The notes beneath the pieces were generated by a model. The model saw only the letters and a list, made by a program, of their open reading frames with translations. It was not told the origin of the DNA and did not search any database. This document shows positions 25,426 through 36,100 of a stretch of DNA of 64,000 bases, in pieces. The stretch is taken from positions 59,708-123,707 of the forward strand of contig NIVC01003037.1 of the NCBI GenBank assembly GCA_002269645.1. Direction: 5' to 3'. Positions within the stretch are counted from its first letter, which is position 1, and each line of letters begins with the position of its first letter. Made by a program: the position numbers and the translations under genes. Origin of the DNA: Macrostomum lignano. Taxonomy: Eukaryota.

Positions 25426-25440
25426 CTCAGTAAAAGCAAG

Positions 25441-25536
25441 CCTGCTACAAACCTGTCATTCCAGACGAATCGATATCGGCCACAACAGCATCTACCGGTC
25501 AGTCCGCACCAAATCTTGATCAGAAATCGTCAAAAG
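25441..25536 (+). CDS. KIF19: KIF19-like exon 10 (5' boundary uncertain)
   Basis: Frame CYKPVIPDESISATTASTGQSAPNLDQKSSK with donor AAG|GTGTGC. Acceptor is 25441 or 25437. Confidence 0.55.
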
Positions 25537-25620
25537 GTGTGCTTGTGTGTGCAAGTTTTTTATTTCCTACAAATAGTTATTCGTTTTAAATAATTATTGT
25601 TTAATTTGCTTTTTACTCAG

Positions 25621-25751
25621 GCATCCAGCCCAACGAATCGATGGCTTTAACTAAAGATTCCAGTCAGGTGCGCGGGCGTCAGCGATCCGAGGGTCGCCTA
25701 TTGCCGGAAATCGGTGTTGCTGGTCAGGCAGTTACCCAGCGACCGAGTTAA
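25621..25751 (+). CDS. KIF19: KIF19-like last exon
   Basis: TTTTACTCAG acceptor in phase 1; (G)IQPNESMALTK...RLLPEIGVAGQAVTQRPS*. Confidence 0.6.
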
Positions 25752-25964
25752 TACCCAAGGCTAAGAAGGCTTTATAACTATTCCGTCTGTTTCTCTTGTT
25801 TGTTTTTCCTTCAGATCGGCTGCCTTTTTAAACAGAATTTCATTTGCTGCTTCAATTCTTTTTTGTTGCCTAATTATTTACTCTTCTAGTCTGCTACAGC
25901 ACCGTCTATACGTCTGTTTTGTGTATTAGTTCGGCTGTTTCAATTGGACAAGTCTCATTCTGAT

Positions 25965-26955
25965 TGTTTTGGCGCCAATCGACAATTTATTTTGGCGCAA
26001 ATTGATAATTTGCTTTCGGCGCCAATTACTTGTTGCTTTTGGCGCCAATTAATAGTATATCTTGGCGCCAATTAATAGTTTATTTAGGCGCCAACTAATA
26101 GTATATCTTGGCGCCAATTAATAGTTTATTTAGGCGCCAATTAATAGTTTATTTAGGCGCCAATCAATAGTTTATTTTGGCGCCAATTAATAGTGTATTT
26201 TGGCGCCAATCAATAGTTTATTTAGGCGCCAATTAATGGTTTATTTAGGCGCCAATTAATAGTTTATTTGGGCGCCAATTAATAGTATATTTTGGCGCCA
26301 ATTAATAGTTTCTTTTGGCGCCAATTGATAGTGTATTTTGGCGCCAATTAATAGTTTATTTAGGCGCCAATTAATAGTATATCTTGGCGCCAATTAATCG
26401 TTTATTTAGGCGCCAATTAATAGTATATCTTGGCGCCAATTAATAGTATATCTTTGCGCCAATTAATAGTATATCTTGGCGCCAATTAATAGTTTATTTA
26501 GGCGTCAATTAATAGTATATCTTGGCGCCAATTAATAGTTTATTTAGGCGCCAATCAATAGTTTATTTTGGCGCCAATTGATAGTTTATTTTGGCGCCAA
26601 TCAATAGTTTTTTTTGGCGCCAATTGATAGTGTATTTTGGCGTCAATCAATAGTTTATTTTGGCGCCAATCAATAGTTTATCTTGGCGCCAATTAATAGT
26701 TTATTTTGGCGCCAATTGAAGTGTATTTTGGCGCCAATTGAAGTGTATTTTGGCGCCAATTGAAGTGTATTTTGGCGCCAATCAATAGTTTATTTTGGCG
26801 CCAATTGATAGTGTATTTTGGCGTCAATCAATAGTTTATTTTGGCGCCAATTGATAGTATATCTTGGCGCCAATTAATAGTTTTTTGACGCCAAATAATC
26901 TTTCTGGCGCAAATTGATAGTTTATTTTTGCGCCAATCGAATTTTTTTTGGCGCC
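25965..26955. repeat. 23-bp minisatellite (GGCGCCAATTAATAGTTTATTTA)n
   Basis: Direct tandem copies downstream of KIF19. Confidence 0.92.
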
Positions 26956-27317
26956 CAAACACAATTCATTCTATATAATACCGACTGCTGGTATTGCACC
27001 AAAAAAAGCTGATATTTTTTATAACCCAGTGCAATATTCGTTGTTTTTACTTGAACTTCTACTGTGAGTAATGACTTTATGTAGAATTGCAAACTATCAC
27101 TGTACATTCTTTTAAGGTATAATCGCTGTAAAGTGTAGATTATGATTTATTAAACGGGATTCTTGAATCTATTGATAGATTTTGACAAGTATAGCAGATA
27201 ATGTGTTTGCCCTGTCTATCTAGTCTATTTTTGGATAAAATAAATAAAAGATACACCAGAAAAAATATATCATTGAGATTTTAAACATATAAAATTAGAA
27301 GGCTTTTGTTCTTTTTC

Positions 27318-27325
27318 AAAAAAAA
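27318..27325 (-). terminator. Pol III T-run terminator of tRNA-Thr
   Basis: T8 on the minus strand 8 nt downstream of the tRNA 3' end. Confidence 0.75.
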
Positions 27326-27333
27326 TTAATCAT

Positions 27334-27406
27334 AGCCCCTGGGGAGGATCGAACTCCCGACCCCTGGTTTACGAGACCAGTGCTCTAGCCACTGAGCTAC
27401 AGAGGC
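27334..27406 (-). tRNA. tRNA-Thr (anticodon CGT)
   Basis: Reverse complement folds as a cloverleaf: acceptor GCCTCTG/CAGGGGC, anticodon arm CTGGT-CTCGTAA-ACCAG, T-loop GTTCGAT; 73 nt. Confidence 0.93.
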
Positions 27407-28108
27407 GGTCAATCTTACCAGACTTTCTGGCAGTTTAAATTGCTAGTATTGCAACATCTGTTGCCAACCTGGCATTGAGTCTCTTCTAGAAGAGTCCAGG
27501 GCAAATCTCCTCCCCTCCCACACTGTGATTTTGTTTCTGCTTTCATTATAGTTTGGGATTATATAGCTGGCTGGGGGCTCTTTACCCCGATTTCTCATGA
27601 CAGTTTTGTTGCGCAGGCACGAGAGCACAAACAATTAAGATTATCACAATTCAAGCTGAAATAAGAGCGAGGGGGTTAAACTTGTGAAGACGGAAGTTTA
27701 ACCCTGGAGCAGAATTGCCCCAGTGCTGGCTGGAGCGTTTTAGATTAGAACGCTTACGAGTGCCTTTTGCCATAGACCAGGGGTCCGCAAACTTTTACCT
27801 TAAGGACCAGATATAGAGAACCTAGAGCAGATAAGGGATATAGGGGAATTGAGAGACGAGGGAAGACGCACAATTTTGCGTTCTCGAATCACTCATTTTC
27901 TCGTTTTACTCTGCGCGCTTTGCCATAGACATTGATCGCGTGCAGAACCTGTCAATCTTGTATGCAGAGTCAAGCGAGAATATTGCAATACTTGTGGGAA
28001 GATGTCGCTCTAGGGTCCCGGGTAGCTTACAAATATTCCTACTATTATATAGGCCAATTGAGCATAGGAGCAAGCAATTTAGTCCTTATTGGGAGAATCA
28101 AGATATTA

Positions 28109-28471
28109 GAGGGGGCCGTAGCCCAGCGGTAGCGCAGCTGCTCTGGTGTGCCAGCGACCCAGGCTCGATTCCAAGTGCAGTCACATTAATTTGGGGCTGA
28201 ATTGGAATCTCGGCTTGGCTCTGCTCGTGCAATTAACGGCCTTGAGAGCCAACCCCCCAAGGCGCAGTGAAGTGTACATGCCTAACGATAAAATAAAGTT
28301 AGGGCCGCTGTACACTCCTGTGTGAGTGTGTGCCTGCGTACGTATCCGCGCGCTTGTATGCCTGCTCAGGGGAGTCGGCGGAATAGGCAGTAATGCCTCT
28401 CGCCGGTTGTGTGCCTATGTCGCTTAAAGTGCGCCAGGGTGCACACAACCCCCCTGCCTCTAATAAAAAAA
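28109..28471 (+). mobile_element. SINE family B (tRNA-like head, AATAAA + poly-A tail)
   Basis: A-box TAGCCCAGCGG, B-box-like GGCTCGATTCC, poly-A tail and exact 15-bp TSD AGAATCAAGATATTA (28094-28108, 28472-28486). Near-identical copy at 53359-53721. Confidence 0.88.
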
Positions 28472-29133
28472 AGAATCAAGATATTAAAGACTTGTTTTTC
28501 ATTGTCGATGGCCCAAAAGAGGGTCTATGGAGCAACAAATTTGAGAATCTGGGCGCGCAATTAATCCCTATCACAATGCTCGTATACCCTTCACGAATAA
28601 AATTCACTGATATAAAGTCTGCAACTAGATGGCATATCAAAAAAACGATTGACATTAACACTTTGATTTCAGAGAAACCAATCAAAACAGGCAAAGGCAA
28701 AACCATGGCATACAGTATAAGCCGAGAACAATCGTGTCTCTCACGATGCTCATCCACTGCATCTTGGGCTGCAGCAGAACTTTCGTCACTGCTCTGCTCG
28801 CTAAATTCTTCGTCTGCCATATCTATCTTTGTCTAATGAAATCTGTTATTTTCTATGGTCTAAGGCTTGCACAACTGTGGAAAGGATTAATAGCGCGCCC
28901 AGATTCTCAAATTGGTTGTCCCATAGACCCCCTTTTCGGGCGATAGACAATGGGCCGTATGCGTAAAGCACTGTCTATGGTAGTCCGGTAGTTTTGTCTG
29001 TGGTAGTTTAGTCTTACTTTGGTATGCATAAAAGTTTTGACTAGTTAGTCCGGACTAGACAAAACCTAGCCTGCTCTAGAGCTGTCTTGATAGCTAATTT
29101 TGCATTGCCTTCGCCCTTAGACGATTGAAAAAA

Positions 29134-29345
29134 ATGAATTTTTGGTTGCGATAGATTTAGTTCAGCAAGACCTCCGTCGACAACGCATATTGCGTGACGG
29201 TTGGAGCCACTTCAACAATTCTCGGAGGTTGAAATTAAAAGACTGTTTCGGTTTGAACCTAGATCACTTCTATCACTTGTGGAGCTTGTCGAGCCGAATG
29301 TCCCTGTAGAACGTCAAGAAGAACTGTTTCGTAGTCTGTTGTCGC
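29134..29345 (+). pseudogene. Harbinger-like transposase 5' fragment
   Basis: FLVAIDLVQQDLRRQRILRDG/EPLQQFSEVEIKRLFRFEPRSLLSLVELVEP fits the recalled R.R..RD...PL......E....FRF....L.L..L pattern. Frameshifted and truncated. Confidence 0.45.
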
Positions 29346-29707
29346 TGACATTTCACAAGTATACACAGAATCAGTATAAGAACGGTTAAGTTAGCGACCC
29401 AGTATATAAACAGAAAGCATTTACAGGGGTTTGGGCCATAGAACTAAAAAAACCATTAAAACTAGGCGCTAAAGTTGGGCGCTCTGTCTAGCTTGGACTA
29501 GTATAGCCTAGACTAGTCTTCAATAGCTTGATTCTCCCACTAAGGATTAAATTGCTGGCTCCTAGGCTCAATTGGCTTGAAAAATGCTATATTAAAGTTC
29601 CTCTGTAGTCAGGACAGTACACAGGTCAATTAGCAAATTAAACTTCTTTATCTATCAGGTGGTCGGGATGACTGGAGTATTCAATTTAAACAAATCAAAA
29701 CTTGCAG

Positions 29708-30045
29708 GAATCCCTAGTGCTAGTATCCGGTTTACCAGCTGGTGCCGAACTGGGCATCGATTGGTACACCTGGACTTGCGGGCCGGCTTTTTCCGGTGTA
29801 CGAGCCGTGCCGTCCGGTGTGCACCTGCTGCACGCCTCGGCTGGGCCGGCCGGTCTGCGCTGCGGTCGGCTGTTTTGGCTTGACGACCAGCCATCGGAGC
29901 GTGTTGTGCTGCGCTACAAGTGGTGCCCGGCGGAAGAGTGCCTGCTGCCGTATGATGATGCAGATGGCGGGTCGGGCGATCCGGCACCCGCCGCTGCTGC
30001 TCTGGAGGCTCTGTGTGCTCCGTATCCGGAGAAAACGCTGAAAAG
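29708..30045 (+). CDS. AAR2: AAR2 splicing factor, 5' coding exon (true start unresolved)
   Basis: LPAGAELGIDWYTWTCGPAFSGVRAVPSGVHLLH...CAPYPEKTLK(R) matches AAR2 ([34 protein letters not shown]...GPYPYATLKKW). Phase-2 donor AAG|GTGGAG. Confidence 0.88.
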
Positions 30046-30103
30046 GTGGAGAAGCGGCTCGTTATCGTCTTGAGGCTCACTAGATCATTAACCTAGCTCT
30101 TGC

Positions 30104-33100
30104 AGATTGAGTCAGTTCTATTCTACTTCGTAGATGCTCTAGATTGAGTCAGCTCCATTCTAGATGCTCTAGATTGAGTCAGCTCCATTCTAGATGCTCT
30201 AGATTGAGTCAGCTCTATTCTAGATGCTCTAGATTGAGTCAGCTCCATTCTAGATGCTCTAGATTGAGTCAGATCCATTCTAGATGTCCTAGATTGAGTC
30301 AGCTCAATTCTAGATCCTCTAGATTGAGTCAGCTCCATTCTAGATGTCCTAGATTGAGTCAGCTCCATTCTAGATGTCCTAGATTGAGTCAGCTCCATTC
30401 TAGATGTCCTAGATTGAGTCAGCTCCATTCTAGATGTCCTAGATTGAGTCAGCTCCATTCTAGATACTCTAGATTGAGTCAGCTCCATTCTAGATGCTCT
30501 AGATTGAGTCAGCTCGATTCTAGATGCTCTAGATTGAGTCAGCTCTATTCTAGATGTTCTAGATTGAGTCAGCTCTATTCTAGATGCTCTAGATTGAGTC
30601 AGCTCTATTCTAGATGCTCTAGATTGAGTCAGCTCAATTCTAGATGCTCTAGATTGACTCAGATCCATTCTAAGATGCTCTAGATTGAGTCAGCTCTATT
30701 CTAGATGTCCTAGATTGAGTCAGCTCTATTCTAGATGCTCTAGATTGAGTCAGCTCCATTCAAGATGTCCTAGATTGAGTCAGCTCTATTCTAGATGTCC
30801 TAGATTGAGTCAGCTCCATTCTAGATGCTCTAGATTAAGTCAGCTCGATTCTAGATGCTCTAGATTGAGTCAGCTCTATTCTAGATGTCCTAGATTCAGT
30901 CAGCTCTATTCTAGATGTCCTAGATTGAGTCAGATCCATTCTAGGATGCTCTAGATTGAGTCAGCTCCATTCTAGATGTCCTAGATTGAGTCAGCTCCAT
31001 TCTAGATGCTCTAGATTGAGTCAGCTCCATTCTAGATGCTCTAGATTGAGTCAGCTCAATTCTAGATGCTCTAGATTGAGTCAGCTCAATTCTAGATGCT
31101 CTAGATTGAGTCAGCTCAATTCTAGATGCTCTAGATTGACTCAGATCCATTCTAGATGTCCTAGATTGAGTCAGCTCAATTATAGATCCTCTAGATTGAG
31201 TCAGCTCCATTCTAGATGTCCTAGATTGAGTCAGCTCCATTCTAGATGCTCTAGATTGAGTCAGCTCGATTCTAGATGCTCTAGATTGAGTCAGCTCGAT
31301 TCTAGATGCTCTAGATTGAGTCAGCTCTATTCTAGATGTCCTAGATTGAGTCAGCTCTATTCTAGATGTCCTAGATTGAGTCAGCTCTATTCTAGATGCT
31401 CTAGATTGAGTCAGCTCTATTCTAGATGTCCTAGATTGAGTCAGCTCCATTCTAGATGTCCTAGATTGAGTCAGCTCCATTCTAGATGCTCTAGATTGAG
31501 TCAGCTCGATTCTAGATGCTCTAGATTGAGTCAGCTCGATTCTAGATGCTCTAGATTGAGTCAGCTCTATTCTAGATGTCCTAGATTGAGTCAGCTCTAT
31601 TCTAGATGTCCTAGATTGAGTCAGATCCATTCTAGGATGCTCTAGATTGAGTCAGCTCCATTCTAGATGTCCTAGATTGAGTCAGCTCCATTCTAGATGC
31701 TCTAGATTGAGTCAGCTCTATTCTAGATGTCCTAGATTGAGTCAGCTCTATTCTAGATGTCCTAGATTGAGTCAGATCCATTCTAGATGCTCTAGATTGA
31801 GTCAGCTCCATTCTAGATGTCCTAGATTGAGTCAGCTCCATTCTAGATGTCCTAGATTGAGTCAGCTCCATTCTAGATGCTCTAGATTGAGTCAGCTCCA
31901 TTCTAGATGTTCTAGATTGAGTCAGCTCCATTCTAGATGTTCTAGATTGAGTCAGCTCCATTCTAGATGTTCTAGATTGAGTCAGCTCCGTTCTAGATGC
32001 TCTAGATTGAGTCAGCTCCATTCTAGATGTTCTAGATTGAGTCAGCTCCATTCTAGATGTTCTAGATTGAGTCAGCTCCATTCTAGATGTCCTAGATTGA
32101 GTCAGCTCGATTCTAGATGCTCTAGATTGAGTCAGCTCTATTCTAGATGTCCTAGATTGAGTCAGATCCATTCTAGATGCTCTAGATTGAGTCAGCTCCA
32201 TTCTAGATGTCCTAGATTGAGTCAGCTCCATTCTAGATGTCCTAGATTGAGTCAGCTCCATTCTAGATGCTCTAGATTGAGTCAGCTCCATTCTAGATGT
32301 CTAGATTGAGTCAGCTCCATTCTAGATGTCCTAGATTGAGTCAGCTCCATTCTAGATGTCCTAGATTGAGTCAGCTCCATTCTAGATGCTCTAGATTGAG
32401 TCAGCTCCATTCTAGATGTTCTAGATTGAGTCAGCTCCATTCTAGATGTTCTAGATTGAGTCAGCTCCATTCTAGATGTTCTAGATTGAGTCAGCTCCAT
32501 TCTAGATGTTCTAGATTGAGTCAGCTCGATTCTAGATGCTCTAGATTGAGTCAGCTCGATTCTAGATGCTCTAGATTGAGTCAGCTCTATTCTAGATGTC
32601 CTAGATTGAGTCAGCTCTATTCTAGATGTCCTAGATTGAGTCAGCTCTATTCTAGATGCTCTAGATTGAGTCAGCTCTATTCTAGATGTCCTAGATTGAG
32701 TCAGCTCCATTCTAGATGTCCTAGATTGAGTCAGCTCCATTCTAGATGCTCTAGATTGAGTCAGCTCGATTCTAGATGCTCTAGATTGAGTCAGCTCGAT
32801 TCTAGATGCTCTAGATTGAGTCAGCTCTATTCTAGATGTCCTAGATTGAGTCAGCTCTATTCTAGATGTCCTAGATTGAGTCAGCTCCATTCTAGATGCT
32901 CTAGATTGAGTCAGCTCCATTCTAGATGTCCTAGATTGAGTCAGCTCCATTCTAGATGCTCTAGATTGAGTCAGCTCGATTCTAGATGCTCTAGATTGAG
33001 TCAGCTCCATTCTAGATGTCCTAGATTGAGTCAGCTCCATTCTAGATGTCCTAGATTGAGTCAGCTCCATTCTAGATGCTCTAGATTGAGTCAGCTCTAT

Positions 33101-36100
33101 TCTAGATGTCCTAGATTGAGTCAGCTCTATTCTAGATGTTCTAGATTGAGTCAGCTCCATTCTAGATGTCCTAGATTGAGTCAGCTCCATTCTAGATGTT
33201 CTAGATTGAGTCAGCTCCATTCTAGATGTTCTAGATTGAGTCAGCTCTATTCTAGATGTCCTAGATTGAGTCAGCTCTATTCTAGATGTCCTAGATTGAG
33301 TCAGCTCCATTCTAGATGCTCTAGATTGAGTCAGCTCCATTCTAGATGTCCTAGATTGAGTCAGCTCCATTCTAGATGCTCTAGATTGAGTCAGCTCGAT
33401 TCTAGATGCTCTAGATTGAGTCAGCTCCATTCTAGATGTCCTAGATTGAGTCAGCTCCATTCTAGATGTCCTAGATTGAGTCAGCTCCATTCTAGATGCT
33501 CTAGATTGAGTCAGCTCTATTCTAGATGTCCTAGATTGAGTCAGCTCTATTCTAGATGTTCTAGATTGAGTCAGCTCCATTCTAGATGTCCTAGATTGAG
33601 TCAGCTCCATTCTAGATGTTCTAGATTGAGTCAGCTCCATTCTAGATGTTCTAGATTAAGTCAGCTCGATTCTAGATGTCCTAGATTGAGTCAGCTCCAT
33701 TCTAGATGTCCTAGATTGAGTCAGCTCCATTCTAGATGTTCTAGATTGAGTCAGCTCCATTCTAGATGTTCTAGATTGAGTCAGCTCCATTCTAGATGTT
33801 CTAGATTAAGTCAGCTCGATTCTAGATGCTCTAGATTGAGTCAGCTCTATTCTAGATGTCCTAGATTGAGTCAGATCCATTCTAAGATGCTCTAGATTGA
33901 GTCAGCTCCATTCTAGATGCTCTAGATTGAGTCAGCTCCATTCTAGATGTCCTAGATTGAGTCAGCTCAATTCTAGATCCTCTAGATTGAGTCAGCTCCA
34001 TTCTAGATGTCCTAGATTGAGTCAGCTCCATTCTAGATGTCCTAGATTGAGTCAGCTCCATTCTAGATGTCCTAGATTGAGTCAGCTCCATTCTAGATGT
34101 CCTAGATTGAGTCAGCTCCATTCTAGATGCTCTAGATTGAGTCAGCTCCATTCTAGATGCTCTAGATTGAGTCAGCTCGATTCTAGATGCTCTAGATTGA
34201 GTCAGCTCTATTCTAGATGTCCTAGATTGAGTCAGCTCGATTCTAGATGTTCTAGATTGAGTCAGCTCTATTCTAGATGCTCTAGATTGAGTCAGCTCTA
34301 TTCTAGATGCTCTAGATTGAGTCAGCTCATTCTAGATGCTCTAGATTGAGTCAGCTCCATTCTAGATGCTCTAGATTGAGTCAGCTCATTCTAGATGTCC
34401 TAGATTGAGTCAGCTCTATTCTAGATGCTCTAGATTGAGTCAGCTCCATTCTAGATGTCCTAGATTGAGTCAGCTCATTCTAGATGTCCTAGATTGAGTC
34501 AGCTCCATTCTAGATGCTCTAGATTGAGTCAGCTCATTCTAGATGCTCTAGATTGAGTCAGCTCTATTCTAGATGTCCTAGATTGAGTCAGCTCCATTCT
34601 AGATGTCCTAGATTGAGTCAGCTCCATTCTAGATGCTCTAGATTGAGTCAGCTCCATTCTAGATGTCCTAGATTGAGTCAGCTCCATTCTAGATGCTCTA
34701 GATTGAGTCAGCTCCATTCTAGATGCTCTAGATTGAGTCAGCTCATTCTAGATGCTCTAGATTGAGTCAGCTCATTCTAGATGCTCTAGATTGAGTCAGC
34801 TCATTCTAGATGCTCTAGATTGAGTCAGCTCCATTCTAGATGTCCTAGATTGAGTCAGCTCATTCTAGATCTCTAGATTGAGTCAGCTCCATTCTAGATG
34901 TCCTAGATTGAGTCAGCTCCATTCTAGATGCTCTAGATTGAGTCAGCTCATTCTAGATGCTCTAGATTGAGTCAGCTCATTCTAGATGCTCTAGATTGAG
35001 TCAGCTCTATTCTAGATGTCCTAGATTGAGTCAGCTCTATTCTAGATGTCCTAGATTGAGTCAGATCCATTCTAAGATGCTCTAGATTGAGTCAGCTCCA
35101 TTCTAGATGTCCTAGATTGAGTCAGCTCCATTCTAGATGTCCTAGATTGAGTCAGCTCCATTCTAGATGCTCTAGATTGAGTCAGCTCCATTCTAGATGC
35201 TCTAGATTGAGTCAGCTCGATTCTAGATGCTCTAGATTGAGTCAGCTCTATTCTAGATGTCCTAGATTGAGTCAGCTCATTCTAGATGTCCTAGATTGAG
35301 TCAGCTCCATTCTAGATGCTCTAGATTGAGTCAGCTCCATTCTAGATGTCCTAGATTGAGTCAGCTCCATTCTAGATGCTCTAGATTGAGTCAGCTCTAT
35401 TCTAGATGTCCTAGATTGAGTCAGCTCCATTCTAGATGTCCTAGATTGAGTCAGCTCCATTCTAGATGTCTAGATTGAGTCAGCTCCATTCTAGATGTCT
35501 AGATTGAGTCAGCTCCATTCTAGATGCTCTAGATTGAGTCAGCTCCATTCTAGATGTCTAGATTGAGTCAGCTCCATTCTAGATGTCTAGATTGAGTCAG
35601 CTCCATTCTAGATGTCCTAGATTGAGTCAGCTCATTCTAGATGCTCTAGATTGAGTCAGCTCCATTCTAGATGTCCTAGATTGAGTCAGCTCCATTCTAG
35701 ATGCTCTAGATTGAGTCAGCTCCATTCTAGATGTCCTAGATTGAGTCAGCTCCATTCTAGATGTCCTAGATTGAGTCAGCTCCATTCTAGATGCTCTAGA
35801 TTGAGTCAGCTCCATTCTAGATGTCTAGATTGAGTCAGCTCCATTCTAGATGTCCTAGATTGAGTCAGCTCCATTCTAGATGTCTAGATTGAGTCAGCTC
35901 CATTCTAGATGTCTAGATTGAGTCAGCTCCATTCTAGATGTCTAGATTGAGTCAGCTCCATTCTAGATGTCTAGATTGAGTCAGCTCCATTCTAGATGTC
36001 TAGATTGAGTCAGCTCCATTCTAGATGTCTAGATTGAGTCAGCTCATTCTAGATGCTCTAGATTGAGTCAGCTCATTCTAGATGTCTAGATTGAGTCAGC

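Larger units (their letters stand above)
28053..29576. mobile_element. Decayed PIF/Harbinger-like DNA transposon
   Basis: 49-bp inverted repeats (28053-28101 and 29528-29576, 4 mismatches) enclose a frameshifted fragment resembling a Harbinger transposase N-terminus. No clean TSD. Confidence 0.55.

Noticed and set aside
13496-25593. Repeat-protein ORFs at 13496-14306, 18347-19141 and 24510-25593
   Set aside because: Periods of 33, 27 and 24 bp give multi-frame ORFs by chance. The KIF19 exon chain is complete without them, and the intron-5 ORF is out of frame with both flanking exons.
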